From Bacteroidota bacterium (GTDB taxonomy: Bacteria > Bacteroidota > Bacteroidia > UKL13-3), in assembly GCA_947492885.1 (NCBI GenBank), contig CANLPK010000001.1, positions 36,852 through 100,851 on the forward strand: 64,000 nt of DNA, written 5' to 3'. The translations under genes and the position numbers were made by a program. The notes under the pieces were generated by a model. That model did no database searches. It was not told the DNA's origin and worked only from the letters and a program-made list of their open reading frames with translations. This document shows, piece after piece, positions 36,315 to 44,082 of this stretch. Numbering within the stretch: the first letter of the stretch is position 1; every line of letters begins with the position of its first letter.

Positions 36315-37961
36315 ATGGAAAATTTAAGAAGAATTTTATTGTCAATAGGGATACTGACAGTATTGATGTTGCTAAATATTAAAGGATATGCAACACTTGT
36401 TAACGTTACTTCCACTTCCGCAATGCAATCAGCTTGTAACAGTGCCGCTTCAGGCGATACTATTGCGTTGGCAAATGGCACCTATTTGAATACCACCTTA
36501 ACCCTTAATACCAATAATATTACGGTAATGGCTCAGACAGTCGGTGGAGTATTTTTAAATGGCACCAATGTTATTTCAATTCCCGGGAATTATATCACAT
36601 TTTCTGGATTTCAATTTACCTCTGGAAGTATAGCTGGAATTGTTATTGAGGTTGAAGGAAGTCATAATATACTAACCCAACTTAATTTTAATGGATATTC
36701 GGCACAGAAGTATATTAATTTAAAATCAACGGGCCAGTACAATGAAATTTCGTATTGTAATTTTGAGAATAAACCAACTTCGGCTCCTGCAGGAAACTTA
36801 ATACATATTTCACCTGATCTTAGTAAACCTGGATACCACAAAATACGTTATTGCTCATTTCAAAACATGCCTGGATTAGGTGGTGATAATGGGAATGAGT
36901 GTATTCGAATTAGCAATGGATCTACATCAACATATATTTCTAGAACCATTGTGGAGTATTGTTTTTTCAGTAATACAGGGAATGGTGATAGTGAAGCAAT
37001 ATCGGTAAAATGCACTGAAAATGTATTGCGTTATAATACTTTTACGAATAACCAGAATGCGATGATGGTATTTCGAAATGGGAATAATAATGTTGCATAC
37101 GGAAATTTTTTTATTGGAGCCGGAGGTATACGTGTTAAGGAAGCCAATAATATTTATTGTTACAATAATTATTTTGAAAATTCTGGAGTGGGAGGTACGA
37201 TGAATGCTGTAACTTACATATATGTAAGTCCCAACTTAAATAATATTAATTTCATTCATAATACTTTCGTAGAGTGCGGTTTAATTGACTTAGCATCCGG
37301 TGCAGTAAATAATACTTGGGCAAATAATATTTTCGTTAAAACAAATGGTCCAATTTTCTCAGGTTCTAATTCTGGCATATCATGGGCTGGCAATATTCAT
37401 CAAGGATCGCTCGGTCTTACTTTTTCTAATGGGTTTGTAAATGCCAATCCATTGCTTGTAACCAATGCAGATGGATTTAAAGGACTCACTTCAAATAGTC
37501 CAGCTGTGAATGCGGCTAGTGCGAGTTATCCCTCAATACTAGATGTGGCAAATGTAGACGATGACCCATCCATCTTACTTGACATTAATGGACAAGCCAG
37601 GCCAAATACTGCAACCTCAAAAGATATTGGATGTGATGAGTTTGTTACTGGAATAACTAAAAATCACCCGTTGAAATTATCAGAAGTGGGCCCGAAATAC
37701 CTTGGGGGTCCTGCACTCGGACTTAATTCACAGGAAGCTATAACTACAAACTATCGATTGATTTCAAATCCAATCACAAACAAAATTAAATTAGAAAAGA
37801 CTAACGGCACGGAAATTTACGAATTGATAAATTCTAATGGGAAAAGTGTTTGGATAGGTTCAAATATTGAAGACTTTGACGGTACTGCTTATGCCAGAGG
37901 CATCTATTATTTAAGGATTGAAACCAGTCAAAGATCACAATTTCTAAAAGTTATCATTTAG
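36315..37961 (+). CDS. PL6-like beta-helix lyase, tandem paralog of the upstream gene, with a short divergent T9SS-like CTD
   Basis: By eye, roughly three quarters of residues are identical to the 34337 protein over ~440 aa, including GDNGNECIRISNG and DSEAISVKCTENVLRYNTF. The C-terminus is LISNPITNKIKLE...ARGIYYLRIETSQRSQFLKVII. Confidence 0.7.
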   Translation: MENLRRILLSIGILTVLMLLNIKGYATLVNVTSTSAMQSACNSAASGDTIALANGTYLNTTLTLNTNNITVMAQTVGGVFLNGTNVISIPGNYITFSGFQFTSGSIAGIVIEVEGSHNILTQLNFNGYSAQKYINLKSTGQYNEISYCNFENKPTSAPAGNLIHISPDLSKPGYHKIRYCSFQNMPGLGGDNGNECIRISNGSTSTYISRTIVEYCFFSNTGNGDSEAISVKCTENVLRYNTFTNNQNAMMVFRNGNNNVAYGNFFIGAGGIRVKEANNIYCYNNYFENSGVGGTMNAVTYIYVSPNLNNINFIHNTFVECGLIDLASGAVNNTWANNIFVKTNGPIFSGSNSGISWAGNIHQGSLGLTFSNGFVNANPLLVTNADGFKGLTSNSPAVNAASASYPSILDVANVDDDPSILLDINGQARPNTATSKDIGCDEFVTGITKNHPLKLSEVGPKYLGGPALGLNSQEAITTNYRLISNPITNKIKLEKTNGTEIYELINSNGKSVWIGSNIEDFDGTAYARGIYYLRIETSQRSQFLKVII

Positions 37962-37984
37962 GAAAGAAGGAATTTTAAGATTAG

Positions 37985-38407
37985 TTATTCGAAATACACC
38001 AAGGGTATTCTTTGACTAAATACCTCAATGCCATTCACAAATTTCTTCTCTGAATACCAAATAATTATTTTGTGTAGTGATGCAAAGTCGTCGGCCTTTA
38101 CAGCCAATGCATGATTTCCTTCTGGATCGAATATGGGGAAGGTGCGGAAATCCTTTTGTGCCGAATCACTTACGATAATATTCCGGGTTATATTCTTTTC
38201 AATCGAGTCTTTCACATAAACCACAGTTACTCTATCTCCTGGCTTAAGTGCTCCCTGCGCCTTCAGCATCTTAGCATTAAATCCGTTTTCCGAACAGGTA
38301 GAGATACATTCAAATACGCGTTCTTCATTAACCAAAATAAGCCAATGGTCGGCCTTGGAAATAATTCCAACAAAAATTAAAAAGAAAATAATTACTACTC
38401 GTTTCAT
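37985..38407 (-). CDS. hypothetical exported protein
   Basis: 140 aa with signal peptide MKRVVIIFFLIFVGIISKA. Its start lies 1 nt after the stop of the upstream membrane-protein gene. Confidence 0.5.
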   Translation of the reverse strand: MKRVVIIFFLIFVGIISKADHWLILVNEERVFECISTCSENGFNAKMLKAQGALKPGDRVTVVYVKDSIEKNITRNIIVSDSAQKDFRTFPIFDPEGNHALAVKADDFASLHKIIIWYSEKKFVNGIEVFSQRIPLVYFE

Positions 38408-38408
38408 C

Positions 38409-39878
38409 TTACTTCATATTTTTAAGTTCTACATCATTCAATGTTTTATAAATTCGAATTTCTAAGGTGTCGCCTCGGCTGCTGAAATTACGGTCATTTC
38501 GCACCTGATGCAATAATAAAAAATTATCATTCTCATCGAGCCAACGTTTTGGAAGCTGCCCCTCTTGAGGGCAAAATTGCGAATCCCAAATTATGATTGC
38601 ATCTTTTCTAAATGTGATCGAGTTGTTGATATATAAAATGGATGATGTTTTTTCAGAATCAAATTTATCCAAATTTAATAAATGTGCCACAAATGGATCG
38701 AAGAAATAGAAAAAATTATTTTGCAAATTATTTTCCTTCACCCATTGACATGATTGGTATTGAGCCTGCTCCAAATCGCTTAGTTTGTAAGGGATATCGT
38801 GCCTGTTTTGTTTTAAAGGTATAAAGAAAACAGCAACGATAAACAAAACCGCCAGTACTTTTGCCCAAGTCTTTTGTGCCAGTTTCAAGTCCAAGGCCCA
38901 TTGAAATGCGAAAAATGAACTTAATCCAATCACGGGCCCAATGCCAGCCATCACACGTATAAGCCCTAACGAACCAAAGATACCCAATCGCCAAAATATA
39001 CTATGGGCAACAAAGTAGGAAGCGAAACTCCCGAAAATTAAAACCGCGCGAATATTCAACAATCGGTCCGTTCCCAAATTCTTTGATTTGACTTGTTTAA
39101 AATAAGCCATCCCAAAAATTATGATTGCAAGTAAAACCATCATTACTTGTGGCAATCCAGCGATACTCTCGTTGGCCCCAACAAACTGAAATAAGGAGCC
39201 TTTTCCGTAAACATTCACTGCCATGAGGTACGGGTTGGTACTAAAAACCCATTTCCAATTATTGTATACAATGAATCCTATCACTGAAAAAAGTAAGGTA
39301 CCAAAGAATAAAAAGCCAATGGATTTAAACTGCCGGTAGTAAAGAGCCAACAATATAAATACAGGCATGATAAGGAAGCCTTCACTGCGAATGAAAGGCA
39401 TGAACGATACAATAAGGAAAGCCCATTGTGGCTTGTTGACCTGATATAAATAAATTCCAGAAACAAGAAAGAGTGCAAATAGAATTTCGGTGAGTCCACT
39501 AAATACACAAACAAAATAAATGGGAACACCGAAAACAAAAACGATACTCAGCCACGCATATTTTGGGTAATGTGCTTTGGCAATGAGATAGCTAATATAG
39601 CCTGTAAGCAAGGCACAAATTATATTGAACACTTTCACACCCATAAACCCAAACTGAGCCCAAGGAGATGCTAAGAGCGTAAATACGGGCTTTCCCCACT
39701 GATCCATCAAATTGTCGGGATGTTTATAAGCGAATTTTGCAAATAAGTAATGCATCCAACTATCGCCACCTCCGTAGGTTCCAATACTGAACCAAGCACA
39801 TGCTAAAAAAGCCAGTGCATAGAATACAAGGCAAATTTTTACCATCAGACTATTTCTTTCCCACCACGGTTGATGCAT
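38409..39878 (-). CDS. polytopic membrane protein, GT-C (ArnT/PMT, GT39/GT83)-like glycosyltransferase candidate
   Basis: 489 aa with ~11 predicted hydrophobic helices in the first ~370 aa, followed by a soluble C-terminal domain. The first loop contains GGGDSWMHY, reminiscent of the acidic first-loop motif of GT-C enzymes. The assignment rests on architecture only. Confidence 0.45.
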   Translation of the reverse strand: MHQPWWERNSLMVKICLVFYALAFLACAWFSIGTYGGGDSWMHYLFAKFAYKHPDNLMDQWGKPVFTLLASPWAQFGFMGVKVFNIICALLTGYISYLIAKAHYPKYAWLSIVFVFGVPIYFVCVFSGLTEILFALFLVSGIYLYQVNKPQWAFLIVSFMPFIRSEGFLIMPVFILLALYYRQFKSIGFLFFGTLLFSVIGFIVYNNWKWVFSTNPYLMAVNVYGKGSLFQFVGANESIAGLPQVMMVLLAIIIFGMAYFKQVKSKNLGTDRLLNIRAVLIFGSFASYFVAHSIFWRLGIFGSLGLIRVMAGIGPVIGLSSFFAFQWALDLKLAQKTWAKVLAVLFIVAVFFIPLKQNRHDIPYKLSDLEQAQYQSCQWVKENNLQNNFFYFFDPFVAHLLNLDKFDSEKTSSILYINNSITFRKDAIIIWDSQFCPQEGQLPKRWLDENDNFLLLHQVRNDRNFSSRGDTLEIRIYKTLNDVELKNMK

Positions 39879-39931
39879 GAATTTCGGGTTCTTTAATTAT
39901 GTTGCTAAGATATTATTTTTAAATTTTCCAG

Positions 39932-40384
39932 TCACGATTTATTCTTGGAATCGATGAGAATGGTTACTGGTCCATTATTGACGAGTGCTATCTTCATATC
40001 GGCTCCAAAGGTGCCCGTGGCAATGGTTTTGCCCAAATCGGTTTGAAGCTGCGCAACCATTTTCTCGTATAATGGGATGGCTATTTCTGGTCGTGCTGCT
40101 GCAATATAACTAGGTCGGTTTCCTTTCTTAGTGGAGGCATGTAATGTAAACTGGCTCACAAGCATCAGTTCGCCATTCACATCCATCGCACTTAAATTCA
40201 TAACCCCATCCGCATCATCGAACAATCGCATATTGCAAATTTTTTGAGATAACCAGCTTATGTCCTCCTCGTTGTCGGCAGCCTCAATCCCTAATAAAAC
40301 CAGTAGCCCATTACCAATTTTCGATTTAATAATACCATCAATGGTTACCGATGCTTCCGATACACGTTGAATAACTGCCCGCAT
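39932..40384 (-). CDS. dtd: D-aminoacyl-tRNA deacylase
   Basis: [14 protein letters not shown]-terminus, SQFTLHA motif, and C-terminal [16 protein letters not shown]. 150 aa. Confidence 0.95.
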   Translation of the reverse strand: MRAVIQRVSEASVTIDGIIKSKIGNGLLVLLGIEAADNEEDISWLSQKICNMRLFDDADGVMNLSAMDVNGELMLVSQFTLHASTKKGNRPSYIAAARPEIAIPLYEKMVAQLQTDLGKTIATGTFGADMKIALVNNGPVTILIDSKNKS

Positions 40385-40426
40385 AAAAACTATTTTAATT
40401 TACTTTGCATCGTAGAATTATTTCCG

Positions 40427-41143
40427 ATGACAAAACTTTCTGTAAATATAAACAAGTTTGCTACCCTACGCAATGCACGTGGAGGCAACAATCCGGATGT
40501 GATCAAAGCCGCACTTGATATCGAACGCTTTGGTGCTGATGGCATCACAGTGCACCCTCGCCCCGACGAACGACATATACGATACGACGATGTGATGGAA
40601 CTAAAAAAGGTGCTCACCACTGAATTTAATATTGAAGGCAATCCAAGAGAGCAGAAGTTTATTGATTTGGTATTGGCAGCAAAGCCAACACAGGTAACCT
40701 TAGTGCCCGATAGCATCAATCAGCTTACTAGCAATCATGGATGGGATACCGTAGGTGAAAAGCAATTTCTAATGGAAGTGATTTCATTATTTAAGAAAGC
40801 ACAAATTCGTGTTTCCATTTTTTGTGATCCCAACATTGAAATGATAGCAGGGGCTGCCAAAACTGGTACAGATAGAATAGAATTATATACCGAATCGTTT
40901 GCAACACAATATCTTGCCAATAAAGAACAAGCCATAAAACCTTATATTGAAGCAGCCAATATGGCCCATGCTCTTAGCTTAGGCATCAATGCAGGTCACG
41001 ATTTGAGTCTGGAAAATTTAAAGTATTTCGCTTCACAAATCAAGCAACTCGACGAAGTATCAATCGGACATGCCTTGGTATGCGATGCAATCTATTACGG
41101 ATTAGAAAATACCGTACAACTATACAAGCGTCAGCTAAATTAA
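40427..41143 (+). CDS. pdxJ: pyridoxine 5'-phosphate synthase
   Basis: The start was trimmed to the ATG at 40427 ([20 protein letters not shown], matching the conserved PdxJ N-terminus). Other motifs: [19 protein letters not shown]. Confidence 0.92.
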   Translation: MTKLSVNINKFATLRNARGGNNPDVIKAALDIERFGADGITVHPRPDERHIRYDDVMELKKVLTTEFNIEGNPREQKFIDLVLAAKPTQVTLVPDSINQLTSNHGWDTVGEKQFLMEVISLFKKAQIRVSIFCDPNIEMIAGAAKTGTDRIELYTESFATQYLANKEQAIKPYIEAANMAHALSLGINAGHDLSLENLKYFASQIKQLDEVSIGHALVCDAIYYGLENTVQLYKRQLN

Positions 41144-41159
41144 TAGCAGACGCTTGTAT
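41122..41159. terminator. strong hairpin between convergent pdxJ and rho (candidate bidirectional terminator, no clean U-tract)
   Basis: A perfect 11-bp stem ATACAAGCGTC (41122-41132) / GACGCTTGTAT (41149-41159), with an inner GCTA/TAGC extension. The left arm lies inside the last pdxJ codons. No T-run follows on either strand. Confidence 0.4.
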
Positions 41160-41198
41160 TATGTAAAATCAGCTTAAGAAATAAAAATTAGCGGATTA

Positions 41199-42941
41199 TT
41201 ATCCGTTCATGGTAGCAATAAATTCTTCATTGCTGCTAGTTAAACGCATGTGTTTAAGTAACATTTCAATCGCTTCTTCCGCATTCATATCGCTTAAATG
41301 TTTACGCAAGATCCAGATACGTTGTAAGAATTCTTTTGATAATAATAAATCTTCACGACGTGTACCTGATGCAGGAATATCGATGGCAGGGTAAACACGT
41401 TTGTTCGATAATTTACGATCGAGTTGCAATTCCATATTACCAGTACCTTTAAATTCTTCAAAGATTACCTCATCCATTTTACTTCCAGTATCTGTAAGCG
41501 CTGTAGCGATAATAGTAAGCGATCCTCCGTTTTCTATTTTACGTGCGGCACCAAAAAATCTTTTTGGCTTGTGTAATGCATTGGCATCAACACCACCACT
41601 TAATATTTTACCTGATGCAGGAGTCACTGTATTATAAGCACGTGCCATACGAGTGATAGAGTCCATTAGAATCACTACATCATGCCCGCATTCTACCATA
41701 CGCTTGGCTTTTTCGTGAACCATATTACATAGTTTCACATGCTTATCTGCAGGCTCATCAAAAGTACTTGCAACCACTTCAGCACGAACGCTGCGGGCCA
41801 TATCGGTTACCTCCTCTGGGCGCTCATCAATTAATAATACAATCAAATATACTTCTGGATGATTGGCAGCAATAGCATTGGCTATATCTTTTAAGAGCAC
41901 GGTTTTACCTGTTTTAGGTTGTGCTACGATCAATCCACGTTGCCCTTTACCAATGGGAGCAAACATATCAATTAATCGAGTTGAATAATTGTTACGATTG
42001 TATACCAGATTTAATTTCTCATCTGGAAATAAAGGCGTTAAATGTTCGAATGAAACGCGGTCGCGCACTTCGGCTGGTGTACGGCCATTGATGCTAATTA
42101 CTTTAATGAGCGCAAAATATTTTTCTCCTTCTTTTGGAGGACGGATTGTGCCTTTTACAGTATCTCCGGTTTTTAATCCAAATAATTTTATTTGAGAAGG
42201 CGATACATAAATATCATCCGGGCTCGGCATATAATTATAGTCACTGCTTCTTAAAAATCCATATCCATCGGGAATTAGTTCAAGCACCCCCTGATTGATG
42301 ATATGATCATCAAATTCATACACGGTGGCTACTTGCTCTTTTTCCTTTTGATTTTGATTTGGGTTTTGATTTGGATTCTGACGATTCGGATTTTGCTGAT
42401 TATTGTTTTGCTCATTTCCGCGATCTTCTCCTGATTCGTTCTCGGAATTATTATTATTTCCGTTTCCGTTATTGTTTTGGGTATTGCCATTCACCTCTTT
42501 CTTCTCGTGATTTGGGCGGGCATGAACATTGGGCTGTGGTTTTGGCTTATGTTCTTCTTTTTTCAGCTCCTCTTTTTGTTGAAGGCGTTTGCGTTTGCGT
42601 TCTTCGTGCAATTCTTCTTCGGTTTGCTCTTCCGATTTTTCTTCTTCGTTTGTGGTTTCTTGTAATTCAGGTGCTGGAGTTGTTATTTCAGCAATGGTCG
42701 TTTCTTCAACTGTTTCATCAGTATCAGATTTCTTTTTACGTCCACGTTTCTTTTTTTCTGGAGATGCTTCTGCGTCAGAAGTAGCAGTTGCATCGGCCTT
42801 ATTGGCTTTTTGTTTTAAGATTATATTACCCATGAGTTCTTGTTTCCCAAGATTTTCGAAATTGGAAATGTTCAGCTTCTGCGCTATTTCCTGTAATTCA
42901 GGCATTGGCATTTCGCTTAATTGAGAGATGGTGAAGTTCAT
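41199..42941 (-). CDS. rho: transcription termination factor Rho with a ~160-aa low-complexity N-terminal insertion
   Basis: N-terminal helix bundle ([18 protein letters not shown]), cold-shock-like RNA-binding domain ([15 protein letters not shown]), Walker A (PKTGKT) and the C-terminal ATPase core. An E/K-rich then N/Q-rich insertion occupies aa ~46-205. Confidence 0.95.
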   Translation of the reverse strand: MNFTISQLSEMPMPELQEIAQKLNISNFENLGKQELMGNIILKQKANKADATATSDAEASPEKKKRGRKKKSDTDETVEETTIAEITTPAPELQETTNEEEKSEEQTEEELHEERKRKRLQQKEELKKEEHKPKPQPNVHARPNHEKKEVNGNTQNNNGNGNNNNSENESGEDRGNEQNNNQQNPNRQNPNQNPNQNQKEKEQVATVYEFDDHIINQGVLELIPDGYGFLRSSDYNYMPSPDDIYVSPSQIKLFGLKTGDTVKGTIRPPKEGEKYFALIKVISINGRTPAEVRDRVSFEHLTPLFPDEKLNLVYNRNNYSTRLIDMFAPIGKGQRGLIVAQPKTGKTVLLKDIANAIAANHPEVYLIVLLIDERPEEVTDMARSVRAEVVASTFDEPADKHVKLCNMVHEKAKRMVECGHDVVILMDSITRMARAYNTVTPASGKILSGGVDANALHKPKRFFGAARKIENGGSLTIIATALTDTGSKMDEVIFEEFKGTGNMELQLDRKLSNKRVYPAIDIPASGTRREDLLLSKEFLQRIWILRKHLSDMNAEEAIEMLLKHMRLTSSNEEFIATMNG

Positions 42942-43289
42942 AATAGAATGAATTTCTTTATTTGATTTATTAAAATTGAATTTTTACGATTTGCGGAAAC
43001 AATTTTTAGTAAGCTTGTGATGGAAAACCAAAAACAACAATTGCGGGAAACAAGTTAAAACAAAAAAATGATTGATTGAATATTTGCCCTCGAAGTGTGT
43101 TTTGCCCTGCAAAATCTTTAGCTATGTAATTCTTTTGAGATATTAAAAGAATTAATGATGCAAGTATAATGAAAAATATTGGCTCCAAACAAAAATTATT
43201 TTATGATTATTATTCTTGTAAATATTGACTTTGCGCCCTATTAATGAGCCTTTAAAAAAGGAGATTCATAAAACCGGTTTTGTCATTTC

Positions 43290-44075
43290 ATGCCATTGCA
43301 TACCTTCGCACTGTCATCTATGAAATATTTAAATATTGCATTTAAGCATATTTGGGGAGTTTGGTTCTATCTGAATCTTGTAATCTGGTTTTTTATCCTG
43401 TTTCCCATTTTCTTTGTTTCTCTTAGTTTTGAGAAGCTTTATCCCATTGCCCATCATACACGTCGGATATGGGGCGCTATTTTACAGGCCGTTTCTTTAC
43501 AATGGTGGCGGGTTAGTTATACGGTTCCAATCAACTTTAAAGACCAGCATTATATTCTTTGCAGTAATCACACCTCCTATCTAGATATTCCAATGATGTG
43601 CCTAACAATCCCAGGTTATTTTAATTATATGGGCAAGGCTGAACTTTCAAAAATTCCTTTATTCGGTCGTTTTTTTCGCACCCTAGATATTGCAGTTAAT
43701 CGCAAATCGGCACGTGATAGCTATCGGGCATTTGAAATGGCTAAAAAAAGTTTAGCTACTGGAGCAAGTATTGTAATATTTCCTGAAGGTGGTATTCCCG
43801 ATAGTGCACCTACCATGCGTAAATTCAAACCCGGTGCTTTTAAAATTGCCTTACAATTGGGCATCCCTGTTTTGCCCATCACTTTTGTAGATAATTGGCG
43901 ACTCTTGCCCGATGATGGCAAGTATACTGCCTTGCCCGGTTTCACCCGTGCCATTGTGCATGCACCCATTGAAGTGGCAGGTCTCACCGATGAAGATTTA
44001 AGTGATTTCGCTGAAAAACTTTATAATACAATTAATGGCCCCTTGATTGAACATGGAGTTGTAAAAGCATCTTAG
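43290..44075 (+). CDS. plsC: 1-acyl-sn-glycerol-3-phosphate acyltransferase family protein
   Basis: HX4D motif (NHTSYLD) and the FPEGG block, with an N-terminal TM helix. An alternative ATG at 43320 (MKYLNIAF) is equally plausible. Confidence 0.8.
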   Translation: MPLHTFALSSMKYLNIAFKHIWGVWFYLNLVIWFFILFPIFFVSLSFEKLYPIAHHTRRIWGAILQAVSLQWWRVSYTVPINFKDQHYILCSNHTSYLDIPMMCLTIPGYFNYMGKAELSKIPLFGRFFRTLDIAVNRKSARDSYRAFEMAKKSLATGASIVIFPEGGIPDSAPTMRKFKPGAFKIALQLGIPVLPITFVDNWRLLPDDGKYTALPGFTRAIVHAPIEVAGLTDEDLSDFAEKLYNTINGPLIEHGVVKAS

Positions 44076-44082
44076 GATAACT

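Noticed and set aside
42359-42924. Three plus-strand ORFs (141, 62 and 111 aa) antisense to rho.
   Set aside because: They lie exactly over the low-complexity E/K/N/Q-rich insertion of Rho, where the repetitive purine/pyrimidine bias keeps antisense frames open. Their products are F/L/S-rich nonsense.
43006-43188. 60-aa minus-strand ORF in the rho/plsC intergenic region.
   Set aside because: It is barely at the length cut-off and has no Shine-Dalgarno-independent support. It lies in what is more plausibly the rho leader/promoter region.
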